Translations under genes and position numbers: made by a program
Assembly: GCA_002269645.1 (NCBI GenBank)
Contig: NIVC01000983.1
Span: 186,001 to 250,000, forward strand
Length of the DNA: 64,000 nt
DNA from: Macrostomum lignano
Lineage: Eukaryota
Reading direction: 5' to 3'
Notes under the pieces: model-generated
The model's input: only the letters and a program-made list of their open reading frames with translations
Told to the model about the DNA's origin: nothing
Databases searched by the model: none
Part shown: piece by piece, positions 23,061 through 46,819 of the stretch
Position numbering within the stretch: the stretch's first letter is position 1
How the letters are laid out: every line of letters starts with the position of its first letter

Positions 23061-23457
23061 TGTTCTGTTCTGTTCTGTTCTGTTCTGTTCTGATCTGTTC
23101 TGATCTGTTCTGTTCTGATCTGTTCTGATCTGTTCTGTTCTGTTCTGTTCTGTTCTGATCTGTTCTGATCTGTTCTGTTCTGATCTGTTCTGATCTGTTC
23201 TGTTCTGATCTGTTCTGATCTGTTCTGTTCTGATCTGTTCTGTTCTGATCTGTTCTGTTCTGATCTGTTCTGATCTGTTCTGTTCTGTTCTGTTCTGTTC
23301 TGATCTGTTCTGATCTGTTCTGTTCTGATCTGTTCTGATCTGTTCTGTTCTGATCTGTTCTGTTCTGATCTGTTCTGATCTGTTCTGTTCTGTTCTGTTC
23401 TGATCTGTTCTGTTCTGTTCTGTTCTGATCTGTTCTGATCTGATCTGTTCTGTTCTG
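23061..23457. repeat. pentanucleotide microsatellite (TGTTC/TGATC)n
   Basis: Direct reading. Confidence 0.95.
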
Positions 23458-23906
23458 TCAGTCCCCAGAGAATCCCTCAGCTGAGCAGCTCACACGGTGG
23501 AATCGCCAGTCAGACAGAACAGTCACCCGCAACGCTCGCATTTGAGTCGGGTGAGTTTTGCAGAGCGCAATAGTGGCAGTCCGTGAGGACATGCCAACTT
23601 TTAGGGGCGGCGTTTCCTCTTGAAGCTCAACAATGCTTGCTTTTTTGCAATTGCGTATCGAGCAGCCCACTGGCGCATAGAAGCTGTTGAAGAAGTGTCG
23701 GGGGTCCTGGACCAGTGCTTGCTTGGTGTTTGTGAAGAGAATAGCGCATTATAGCTAAATGCATTTATTTCTAGCTGTTTGATTGGAGAACAATGGCCAG
23801 GCAAATTTGACTTGCGGAGTTGCTGTGCGACCCTTCAGTGTTGTACAGGCAGTGCGCTACTTCTCGCTTTGACACCAGTGAATTTTAGTTGCTAGGGAAG
23901 TAGCGC

Positions 23907-24122
23907 TCACCCTCTCACCCTCTCACCCTCTCACCCTCTCACCCTCTCACCCTCTCACCTCTCACCCTCTCACCTCTCACCCTCTCACCCTCTCACCCTC
24001 TCACCTCTCACCCTCTCACCTCTCACCCTCTCACCTCTCTCTCACCTCTCACCTCTCACCCTCTCACCTCTCACCCTCTCACCTCTCACCCTCTCACCTC
24101 TCACCCTCTCACCCTCTCACCC
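23907..24122. repeat. 7/8-bp repeat (CTCTCAC[C])n
   Basis: Direct reading. Confidence 0.93.
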
Positions 24123-24994
24123 TCCGCACCATTCTACCTCTCCCTTTCTGTCTGTGGGGTCGCTTCTCTCTCCTAGAAGATCCCAGCAATTTCTATTGCA
24201 CTCTCCCCACAGTAGGCAAGCGGCTATAACCTTCTCCCAATTCAACCCTCCATCATGCCCTCCTCCTAGCTGCCAACTGGATCGCCCCTTCTCTCTCCTT
24301 GACCCCCAAAATCGGGCAGTCGTGAGTCACTCCGACAAGCACTTGCACTGTACCAGCTGCAGTGCCAGGTCAAGGCTCTGTTTTCAAACCCCTCCCTCTC
24401 GCACGCATAATAACAGTAAAATTGTTCAGCTCTTAATTACCCCGAACTTTGCAAGAACATCAGCAGAAAAACGGCTGCGCCAGCAACAAGGCAGAAGATG
24501 CAGGCAAAGTTTCGAAAGTTCGCGGGTCGGAATGAATTATCCCTCTGGCCATATTCCCTATCCGCGAGTTCATATTTGCTCCGCTGGCTGCCCGGCGACC
24601 TCACGATTGCAGCTCATCCATCAAGCCGGAACGGGACGGTGGGCAGCCCCCGCATGGCTCTGATATCCAAGGCGCCTGAATTTGGCTAAGCTGATTGAAA
24701 ATCATTGCCTGGTCTTTTGGACACTTGCTGGATCGAGCGGCTGTTGCACTGCTGCCTGGCTATTTGCACTGCTGCCTCTGATTGTCTGTCTGAGACCCCA
24801 CCGCCTTTTCTCCCATTCCTGCACTTTCTTGCCATTCCCCTCCTTCGTTTCTCTGCGCATCCTTTTACGCTCCCCCCTCACACTTCCTCTTACACTCCCT
24901 CTCTGCCTCTCTTTCTCTCTAGCACCCTGCCTCTTCGATCCATTTCGCTCTCCCTCTCGCTTTTCTCTCCCTCCCTCTGCGTATCTTCTTCTCT

Positions 24995-25880
24995 CCATCT
25001 CCCTCTTTCTCCCTCTCCCTCTCCCTCTCTCTCTCCCTCTCCCTCTCCCTTTTTCCCCTCCCTCTCCCTCTCCCTTTTTCCCCTCCCTCTCCCTCTCCCT
25101 CTCCCTCTCCCTCTCCCTCTCCCTCTCCCTCTCTCTCTCCCTCTCCCTCTCCCTCTCTCTCTCCCTCTCCCTCTCCCTCTCCCTCTCCCTCTCCGTCTCT
25201 CTCTCTCCCTCTCCCTCTCCCTCTCCCTCTCCGTCTCTCTCTCCCTCTCCCTCTCCCTTATTCCCCTCCCTCTCCCTCTCCGTCTCCCTCTCCCTCTCCG
25301 TCTCCCTCTCCCTTTTTCCCCTCCCTCTCCCTCTCCCTCTCCCTCTCCCTCTCCCTCTCCTCTCCGTCTCGCTCTCCCTTTTTCCCCTCCCTCTCCCTCT
25401 CCCTCTCCCTCTCCTTCTCCCTCTCCCTCTTCCTCTCCCTCTCCCTCTCCCTCTCCCTCTCCCTCTCCCTCTCCCTCTCCCTTTCCCTCTCCCTCTCCCT
25501 CTCCCTCTCCCTCTCCCTCTCCCTCTCTCTCTCCCTCTCCCTCTCCCTCTCCCTCTCCCTCTCTCTCTCCTTCTCCCTCTCCCTCTCCCTCTCTCTCTCC
25601 CTCTCCCTCTCCCTCTCCCTCTCTCTCTCCCTCTCCCTCTCCCTCTCCCTCTCCCTCTCCTTCTCTCTCTCCTTCTCCCTCTCCCTCTCCCTCTCCCTCT
25701 CTCTCTCCTTCTCCCTCTCCCTCTCTCTCTCCCTCTCTCTCCCTCTCCCTCTCCCTCTTCCTCTCCGTCTCCCTCTCTCTCTCCCTCTCCCTCTCCCTCT
25801 TCCTCTCCGTCTCCCTCTCTCTCTCCCTCTCCCTCTCCCTTTTTCCCCTCCCTCTCCCTCTCCCTCTCCGTCTCCGTTTC
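24995..25880. repeat. polypyrimidine (CCCTCT)n tract, ~0.9 kb
   Basis: Direct reading. It explains the LP/SP periodic ORFs. Confidence 0.95.
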
Positions 25881-27444
25881 CCCCTTTCTCTTCCTCTATA
25901 CCTTTCTTTCCCCCTCTCTCTTCCCCACCCTGTCCACCTCTCGATCGCTCCTTCTTTCCTTCCTCGCTAATCTACTCTCTTTCCCCTTCTCGCTCTTTAC
26001 TTCCACTCTCTCTTCTCCGCTTCAAATGGAAACTCGCGTGGAATAAGACGATTCTGGATTATTTTGTTGAGATGTGTGCCTCTGCGATTGTGTTGGCAAC
26101 TCTGCGCTATTGGAAAACTGTTACAAGCGTAATATTTAGAACTTTTGGCAGACTACAGCTCGGATCAGGCCATCTGCAAATGCACCAGCTTAGTGAGCTG
26201 GCCTGATGCCAGGTTTCTAAAAAATTTCCTCAAGCTATAGAAGCAGATGAAGCGTGACAATTTTGGCGGAAGCTGGAGCCAAGTCCCCCCCCCCTAAGAA
26301 CGGTCTGCCAAAAAATGAAGCTCGCTACTTTATAATTGGGAACCAGTTTGTGCAGACTCAGATATCGACTTTAATTTACCATAATCTAAATATAAAGTAC
26401 AGTTTGCATTTTTAATGAGTTATGACATGACTAAAAACGGCCGTGACCCAAATGACCCAATGATGAAATACTGTGACACAGATAATAATGACAATAGTAG
26501 TATTAGGGAGGCTACGGGCACCCTGGTGCAAGTGCAACCACCGCTGAGGCAACCCAGCCCATTCCCCTGACTCCTTAGCACATACAAGCGCGCCAATGCT
26601 GCAGTCACGCACTCGTACACACGCTCTCACAGGGTGTACAGCTGCCCTTTGACTTTCTAATCGTCAGGCGCATGTACACCCTGTGCGCCTTGCGTGGCTG
26701 TGAATCGCAGTAATCGGACCAATTTTTGCTCTCGGCGATGACCCAAAAATATTACTCAACATTAGCATATATGCAGTTTTATTTCAGTCTTTTACTACTT
26801 AATAAGTAATAATCATTGGCAGTAGTAAAGTTGGCGCATAGAATGCGAAAAATGTTAAAAAATAAAAAAAGAAAGAGTGATGAGTTTTATAAAGAATTCC
26901 GCTAAAGCTTATGCGCAGTATATACTTCAGTAACGTTAATGGTCTGTATATTTTCTAAGTATACCAATTTAATGCATGTAGCTGGTGACACAAGAGAGGA
27001 GGCCGTCCTTAAAGCTAAATAAAATTCTCATAGTAGCAGAAAAAATGAAGAAAACTAAAAAGTTCATTCACCTTATATTAATGCATACATGGGGAAGGTA
27101 CAGTTGATAAAGGAATCCTGGGCGAGCAGGTCATCCGAATGTCCCATATTGGGACCAAGGAAAAGGCAGAACTTCAGCCAGAGACCCGCGACAAAAACGG
27201 TTAATCCCTCTTTTTCTAACGCTGGCAGCTCATTAATTATTAATGAGCTTGACTTTCCTGGTGCAACCTGACGTGCGCGCTGGGCCTCTGGAGAGAGGAT
27301 TTTTCAGCGAGATCGCGATCCCCAATTGATTTGGGATTTTTATCACACCGGTTTGAACGGTGCGGCTCGGTATTCGATCGAGAGTGGTGAAAAGATTTAA
27401 TTTTTTGATACCAGTAAGTTGCGGCATGACAATTTTAATATGGC

Positions 27445-27587
27445 CACAGATACTATGTAGAATAGCCAGATGGGCCACTCAGGCATTTACTTAGCAAAAC
27501 AGCTTTCTACTTTCAGTTCAGTAGCAAAGAAGAATACATAAGCTATTTTAAAAGAATAGAGGCAGCTGAAATGACTTTGATAAGTTT
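27445..27587 (+). repeat. dispersed repeat, second copy of 15785-15923
   Basis: Shared string GGGCCACTCAGGCA...ACTTAGCAAAACAGCTTTCTACTTTCAGTTCAGTAGCAAAGAAGAA...CTGAAATGACTTT. Confidence 0.85.
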
Positions 27588-27635
27588 AGAAGCGACTAAT
27601 AAAGTAGAAGGACGGGAAACCTCGGGTTTCGGGTT

Positions 27636-28588
27636 CGGGTTGTCAGTGGGTGTCGATTTGGGGTTGTCAGTGGGTGTCAATTAGGGTTGTCAGTGGGTGT
27701 CAATTAGGGTTGTCAGTGGGTGTCGATTTGGGGTTGTCAGTGGGTGTCAATTAGGGTTGTCAGTGGGTGTCGATTAGGGTTGTCAGTGGGTGTCAATTAG
27801 GGTTGTCAGTGGGTGTCGATTAGGGTTGTCAGTGGGTGTCAATTAGGGTTGTCAGTGGGTGTCGATTTGGGGTTGTCAGTGGGTGTCAATTAAAGTTGTC
27901 AGTGAGTGTCGATTTGGGGTTGTCAGTGGGTGTCAATTAGGGTTGTCAGTGGGTGTCGATTTGGGGTTGTCAGTGGGTGTCAATTAGGGGTTGTCAGTGG
28001 GTATCAATTAGGGTTGTCAGTGGGTGTCGATTAGGGTTGTCAGTGGGTGTCGATTAGGGTTGTCAGTGGGTTTCAATTAGGGTTGTCAGTGGGTGTCGAT
28101 TTGGGGTTGTCAGTGGGTGTCAATTAAGGTTGTCAGTGAGTGTCGATTTGGGGTTGTCAGTGGGTGTCAATTAGGGTTGTCAGTGGGTGTCGATTTGGGG
28201 TTGTCAGTGGGTGTCAATTAGGGGTTGTCAGTGGGTATCAATTAGGGTTGTCAGTGGGTGTCGATTAGGGTTGTCAGTGGGTGTCGATTAGGGTTGTCAG
28301 TGGGTTTCAATTAGGGTTGTCAGTGGGTGTCGATTTGGGGTTGTCAGTGGGTGTCAATTAGGGTTGTCAGTGAGTGTCGATTTGGGGTTGTCAGTGGGTG
28401 TCAATTAGGGTTGTCAGTGGGTGTCGATTTGGGGTTGTCAGTGGGTGTCAATTAGGGGTTGTCAGTGGGTATCAATTAGGGTTGTCAGTGGGTGTCGATT
28501 AGGGTTGTCAGTGGGTGTCGATTAGGGTTGTCAGTGGGTTTCAATTAGGGTTGTCAGTGGGTGTCAATTAGGGTTGTCAGTGGGTGTC
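27636..28588. repeat. 23/24-bp G-rich minisatellite (AGGGTTGTCAGTGGGTGTCAATT)
   Basis: Direct reading. About 40 copies, immediately downstream of the stomatin 3' end. Confidence 0.95.
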
Positions 28589-28703
28589 AACTGTGATGTC
28601 AGCTCATTTACAATCAATCGCTTCCTTTGCTACACTCAACGATCGATAGGTCACTGTAATCAGCAGCTTGGCAAGGTGCATTCCGCCTCTTCAACAGTCA
28701 TTT

Positions 28704-29738
28704 TCAGCATCTCGGTCCGAAGTGTGCCAGAAGCTCCATCGGCAGTGGAAATATTACAGTAGAATTGTTCTCGGCTGAAATCGCGCTCACAGTGTGCAGG
28801 TAGCGCAGTTGGAGGGCCGACGGCGACTGCTGGATCACGGAGGCGGCTTCGCGCAGCGCCCTGGACGCGCGCCGCTCGCCTTCGGCCATGATCACTTTGG
28901 CGCGCGCCTCCCGAGCAGCCTCCGCCTCCGCGGCCATGGCTCTCTGCAGCTGCACCGGCAGGCGGACGTCCTTGATCTCCACTCGTTCAACTTTGACGCC
29001 CCACGGATCGGTGGCCGCGTCCAGGCTCTCCTGCATCAGGCAGCTGATGTCCTCGCGCTCGGCCAGAATCTCAGACAGGTTCTTCGTGCCCAGCACGTTC
29101 CTGAGGGTGGTCTGCGCCAGCAGCCGGGTCGAGCGGTCGGCGTTCTCCACGTTGATGACGCTGATCACCGGGTTGAATATTCGATAGTACACCACGGCGT
29201 CAACTGCCACGGTCACTGAGTCCTTCGTCAGCACCTCCTGGGGCGGCACGTCGAAGGTGACGGTGCGCAGGTCGACGATGCGCACGGTGTCGCAGCAGGG
29301 CGCGGTGAAGAACAGGCCGGGACCGCGGGCGCGGCTGCCGGACACGCGGCCGAGACGGAACAGCACGGCGCGCTCATATTCAGCAACGACGCGCAGGCAG
29401 AACAGCAGCGAGAAGGGCAGCGTCAGCAGGACCAGCGCCAGGCTGCAGATGTACAGCAGGCGGGAGCAGAAGCCGACAGTCTCGTCGTTTTCGTCCAAGA
29501 TGTCAATATCCGGGTTCAGCAGGTCGGGTCTAAGAAGCCGCAGGTCCCGCTTGCGTTGACGAAGCCGCATGGCGAGGTCGGCGGCAGCGGCATCGTCGTC
29601 GACGGCATTGGGGTCGGCAGCGGTGGCGGCGGCGGCGGCGGCGGCGGAGGTAGTTGCTGCGTTGGGATTAAAGATGACATCCTGAAGCAGCGGCCCCTCG
29701 ACGTTATTCGACTCGCTGGCATCGGTGGAAGCAGCCAT
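28704..29738 (-). CDS. STOM: stomatin / band-7 (SPFH) protein, 344 aa, intronless
   Basis: Hydrophobic hairpin with Pro (LVLLTLPFSLLFCLRVV), EYERAVLFRLGR, VDLRTVTFDVPPQEVLTKDSVTVAVDAVVY, LPVQLQRAMAAEAEAAREARAKVI, ALQLRYL and NSTVIFPLP. Confidence 0.96.
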   Translation of the reverse strand: MAASTDASESNNVEGPLLQDVIFNPNAATTSAAAAAAATAADPNAVDDDAAAADLAMRLRQRKRDLRLLRPDLLNPDIDILDENDETVGFCSRLLYICSLALVLLTLPFSLLFCLRVVAEYERAVLFRLGRVSGSRARGPGLFFTAPCCDTVRIVDLRTVTFDVPPQEVLTKDSVTVAVDAVVYYRIFNPVISVINVENADRSTRLLAQTTLRNVLGTKNLSEILAEREDISCLMQESLDAATDPWGVKVERVEIKDVRLPVQLQRAMAAEAEAAREARAKVIMAEGERRASRALREAASVIQQSPSALQLRYLHTVSAISAENNSTVIFPLPMELLAHFGPRC

Positions 29739-29807
29739 GGACGATGGCTGGATGATCGGGAAGTTCGGGAGACTTTGAGATACTCAGTTCTTTGCGATTG
29801 AGGAATG

Positions 29808-29995
29808 AGGTAATCAGCTGCTCATTCCTGTAGCACCTGTGGGGTAATCAGCTGCTCATTCCTGTAGCACCTGTGGGGTAATCAGCTGCTCATTCCTGTA
29901 GCACCCATGAGGTAATCGGCTGCTCATTCCTGTAGAACCCATGGGGTAATCAGCTGCTCATTCCTGTAGAACCCATGGGGTAATCAGCTGCTCAG
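29808..29995. repeat. 34-bp minisatellite upstream of stomatin (GTAATCAGCTGCTCATTCCTGTAGCACCTGTGGG)
   Basis: About 5.5 copies. Confidence 0.9.
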
Positions 29996-30407
29996 ATTCT
30001 AAATAGGTGCTTATATGGGTAGATTGTTTTGATTGATAAAATCAAAATTGATAAAATTGATTGTAAATTGATAAAATCTCACCTTAAGATACGCTCGTAC
30101 GAGTAAAAGAATTTCAGTAGCTGGATAATCTTGCTTTAAAATTTTTGGCAAGTTGGCTCTGCCGCTCGAGCGCTTAGAAAATTCAAATTATGCTTCATAC
30201 AAAACTTGCACTTACCGCGTACTTATTGCAGCTCATGCAGAATTCAGCCAATCAGACACGGTTCTTTGAATTCGACAATATTCTGGGATGGCCAGCAGCC
30301 ATTTAGAGCTCATGCTCAAAACCCATACAGACTCTGTGCACTGAGACCCCCAGCCGAAATGTAAAAATTAAGCATTCTCAGAGCTGCAGCAGCGATTCCG
30401 TGGCTAC

Positions 30408-32050
30408 TGAGTAGCTTATTGAGTAGCTTATTGAGTAGCTTATTGAGTAGCTTATTGAGTAGCTTATTGAGTAGCTTATTGAGGAGCTTATTGAGTAGCT
30501 TATTGAGTAGCTTATTGAGTAGCTTATTGAGGAGCTTATTGAGTAGCTTATTGAGTAGCTTATTGAGTAGCTTATTGAGTAGCTTATTGAGTAGCTTATT
30601 GAGTAGCTTATTGAGTAGCTTATTGAGTAGCTTATTGAGTAGCTTATTGAGTAGCTTATTGAGTAGCTTATTGAGTAGCTTATTGAGTAGCTTATTGAGT
30701 AGCTTATTGAGTAGCTTATTGAGGAGCTTATTGAGTAGCTTATTGAGTAGCTTATTGAGGAGCTTATTGAGTAGCTTATTGAGTAGCTTATTGAGTAGCT
30801 TATTGAGTAGCTTATTGAGTAGCTTATTGAGTAGCTTATTGAGTAGCTTATTGAGTAGCTTATTGAGGAGCTTATTGAGTAGCTTATTGAGTAGCTTATT
30901 GAGTAGCTTATTGAGTAGCTTATTGAGTAGCTTATTGAGTAGCTTATTGAGTAGCTTATTGAGTAGCTTATTGAGTAGCTTATTGAGTAGCTTATTGAGT
31001 AGCTTATTGAGTAGCTTATTGAGTAGCTTATTGAGTAGCTTATTGAGTAGCTTATTGAGTAGCTTATTGAGTAGCTTATTGAGGAGCTTATTGAGTAGCT
31101 TATTGAGTAGCTTATTGAGTAGTTTATTGAGTAGCTTATTGAGGAGCTTATTGAGTAGCTTTTTGAGTAGCTTATTGAGTAGCTTATTGAGGAGCTTATT
31201 GAGTAGCTTTTTGATTAGCTTATTGAGTAGCTTATTGAGTAGCTTATTGAGGAGCTTATTGAGTAGCTTTTTGAGTAGCTTACTAGGTAGTTTATTTAAT
31301 AGCTTATTGGGTAGCTTATTGAGTAGCTTTTTGAGTAGCTTATTGGGTAGCTTATTGGGTAGCTTATTGGGTAGCTTATTAGGCAGCTTTTTGGGTAGCT
31401 CATTGGGTAGCTTACTGAGTAGTTTATTGAGTAGCTTATTGAGTAGCTTATTAAGTAGCTTTTTGAGTAGCTTATTGAGTAGTTTATTGACTAGCTTATT
31501 GAGTAGCTTATTGAGTAGCTTATTGAGGAGCTTATTGAGTAGCTTTTTGAGTAGCTTATTGAGTAGCTTATTGAGGAGCTTATTGAGTAGCTTTTTGAGT
31601 AGCTTATTGAGTAGCTTATTGAGTAGCTTATTGAGGAGCTTATTGAGTAGCTTTTTGAGTAGCTTACTAGGTAGTTTATTTAATAGCTTATTGGGTAGCT
31701 TATTGAGTAGCTTTTTGAGTAGCTTATTGGGTAGCTTATTGGGTAGCTTATTGGGTAGCTTATTAGGCAGCTTTTTGGGTAGCTCATTGGGTAGCTTACT
31801 GAGTAGTTTATTAAGTAGCTCATTGAGTACCTTATTAAGTAGCTTTTTGAGTAGCTTATTGAGTAGTTTATTGACTAGCTTATTGAGTAGCTTTTTGGGT
31901 AGCTTATTAGGTAGCTTATTGGGTAGCTTATTAGGCAGCTTTTTGGGTAGCTCATTGGGTAGCTTATTAGGTAGCTTATTGGGTAGCTTTTTGGGTAGCT
32001 TATTGGGTAGCTTATTGGGTAGCTTATTGGGTAGCTTATTAGGTAGCTTA
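30408..32050. repeat. 12-bp satellite (GAGTAGCTTATT), ~135 copies
   Basis: Direct reading. Confidence 0.97.
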
Positions 32051-32067
32051 CTGATCCCTCTTCCCAA

Positions 32068-32312
32068 GGGGAATCGCTGTCATGTTATTGGGGGAATCGC
32101 TGTCATGCTATTGGGGGAATCGCTGTCATGCTATTGGGGGAATCGCTGTCATGCTATTGGGGGAATCGCTGTCATGCTATTGGGGGAATCGCTGTCATGC
32201 TATTGGGGGAATCGCTGTCATGCTATTGGGGGAATCGCTGTCATGCTATTGGGGGAATCGCTGTCATGCTATTGGGGGAATCGCTGTCATGCTATTGGGG
32301 GAATCGCTGTCA
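32068..32312. repeat. 23-bp minisatellite (GGGGGAATCGCTGTCATGCTATT)
   Basis: About 10 copies, abutting the 12-bp satellite. Confidence 0.93.
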
Positions 32313-32787
32313 TTACACGAGTACTATCTATCAACGATATTATTTCAGAGAGGCGTTGTCAAGCAGCTCAATACCTACCCAAAGCGGTTCATCCGATGCA
32401 TGCAGCCCTGCTTGTACTTTTGTGCGGTTTTTTACCAGCCAAAGTTGATTTGCAGTCCAAAAACTGGGAATAGCCTCGGCCGACAGGGACAAAGATAAAA
32501 CAAGGAATGGAATTGGTACACGAGGGAAGCAGCATTTAGAGGCTCAAGCAGCCCCAGTCCAAACTCAGCGTGTGCTCAGGATCTGGCTACAGAAATCTCC
32601 AGGATTAACTGGCTATGTCAACACCCCAGCTGGGATGCGTGCGCCTTTGCCAATGTCTGGGAACTGTGGGAAGACAGATGGTTGCGGTTTTGGGCCGTCC
32701 TCATTCTGGAGTGTGTGCGAGAGTGACAGCACCAGTGTCAGTGCATTGTCTGTCTTTTTTCGTCTTGCCCAGTTATATGATACTTAA

Positions 32788-33180
32788 TTTTTTCCACTGC
32801 ATCGATTGGTGTCAAACACAGCTGGGAATTTTCCACTGCATCGATTGTTGTGAAACACAGCTGGGAATTTTCCACTGCATCGATTGGTGTCAAACACAGC
32901 TGGGAATTTTCCACTGCATCGATTGGTGTCAAACACAGCTGGGAATTTTCCACTGCATCGATTGGTGTCAAACACAGCTGGGAATTTTCCACTGCATCGA
33001 TTGGTGTCAAACACAGCTGGGAATTTTCCACTGCATCGATTGGTGTCAAACACAGCTGGGAATTTTCCACTGCATCGATTGGTGTCAAACACAGCTGGGA
33101 ATTTTCCACTGCATCGATTGGTGTCAAACACAGCTGGGAATTTTCCACTGCATCGATTGTTGTCAAATACAGCTTGGAAT
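32788..33180. repeat. 39-bp minisatellite (TTTCCACTGCATCGATTGGTGTCAAACACAGCTGGGAAT), ~10 copies
   Basis: Direct reading. Confidence 0.95.
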
Positions 33181-33559
33181 TCATTCCAACTCTATTCCAA
33201 CTTCTAATTTTAAGACATAACAGGCTCAAGTTTGAAAGCAAACAACTTTCTTTTGTTTCAAACAAGCAGTTGGTTTAGTATAATGTATTAATAAATAAAA
33301 GTTAAAAAAAACGACACAGCCCATCAGAAAATGAGTTTCCAAGACAAGTGCAGTGAAAAATATTCACAGTAAATTTCTGTTTGCTGATCACCCAGCAATT
33401 CTTAACAAACAGCTGAATTCATTTAAAACAACAGAAACCGAGTCAGCATACCAAACTACACTACTATCAGTAGATTAAATCGGATGCAAATGATAATAAA
33501 ACAAAACAAAACAAAAACGCGATTTACTCAAACTGAATATTTCATTACATCGTTCAAAG

Positions 33560-38361
<4,802 letters not shown>

Positions 38362-38397
38362 GGGATTGCGTGGGGATCGAGCTTGATGCTTTGGGCA

Positions 38398-38938
38398 GGG
38401 AGTGAAGGGAATGAAGGGAGTGAAGGAAGTGAAGGGAGTGAAGGGAGTGAAGGAGTGAATGGAAAGAAAAGAATAAAGGGAGTGAAGGGAGTGAAGGGAG
38501 TGAAGGGAGTGAAGGGAGTGAAGGGAGTGAAGGGAGTGAAGGGAGTGAAGGGAGTGAATGAAGTGAAGGGAGTGAAGGGAGTGAAGGGAGTGAAGGGAGT
38601 GAAGGGAGTGAATGAAGTGAAGGGAGTGAAGGGAGTGAAGGGAGTGAACAGAGTGAATGAAGTGAAGGGAGTGAAGGGAGTGAAGGAGTGAAGGGAGTGA
38701 AGGGAGTGAAGGGAGTGAAGGGAGTGAAGGGAGTGAAGGGAGTGAAGGGAGTGAATGAAGTGAAGGGAGTGAAGGGAGTGAAGGGAGTGAAGGGAGTGAA
38801 GGGAGTGAATGAAGTGAAGGGAGTGAAGGGAGTGAAGGGAGTGAACAGAGTGAATGAAGTGAAGGGAGTGAAGGGAGTGAAGGAGTGAAGGGAGTGAAGG
38901 AGTGAATGGAAAGAAAAGAATGAAGGGAGTGAAGGGAG
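38398..38938. repeat. 9-bp minisatellite (GAAGGGAGT) between the HDHD5 3' end and the RUNX ATG
   Basis: Direct reading. Confidence 0.95.
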
Positions 38939-39398
38939 GGGAAAAGGTTCATCGGGCTGAGCAGTCATCAAGCAAATTAATTAGCTGTCAAAGATAAGAA
39001 CAGCCTTTTATAGACAAAATTATCAAGGTTTGCTACTTAATGTGATTACCGCTTCAGGTGATGGTTTTCGAGTTTAATTACTCTAATCTAAAAGCGTGCG
39101 GCTTTAGCAAAGTTTGTGGAACACGGTCATTAGTGTGCAATTCGAATAAAAGGGGCAAGCAAGCATTTCAGCTATATAATACGTGTTGAAGTATTACACG
39201 ATGTGTTAATAGACGCGATGAAAAAAATTATTATCTGCTCTGATCTTGCCCTGATCTTTTCAAACACATCTATGACGGTACAGGGGAGTTTTGGAAGCAA
39301 TCGAAGCAAGGGATTTTAAGACGGTACAAGCGTGCGGCGATGATTGATGATTGATAGGCTTATATTGTTAGAGCTGTTCAAGCTGCGGTGGGAAAACA

Positions 39399-46819
<7,421 letters not shown>

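Noticed and set aside
23461-23550. Possible + strand exon after the (TGTTC)n tract (AG ... G|GTGAGT)
   Set aside because: Only splice-like ends and one short open frame, with no partner exons. The Kv ORF has already terminated.
24682-26046. 454-aa and 421-aa Leu/Pro/Ser ORFs
   Set aside because: Translation of the (CCCTCT)n tract.
26628-26685. 13-bp inverted repeat CACAGGGTGTACA ... TGTACACCCTGTG
   Set aside because: It could be a tiny transposon footprint, but it is too short, with no TSD or second copy to support a call.
27636-28588. TTAGGG-containing array as interstitial telomere (also TTTAGG at 12530-12720)
   Set aside because: The hexamer occurs at most once per 23/24-bp unit and is never tandem.
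30316-32473. 583-aa and 684-aa ORFs (LLNK / SSLL repeats)
   Set aside because: These are translations of a 12-bp satellite; a unit divisible by 3 keeps frames open. No independent coding signal.
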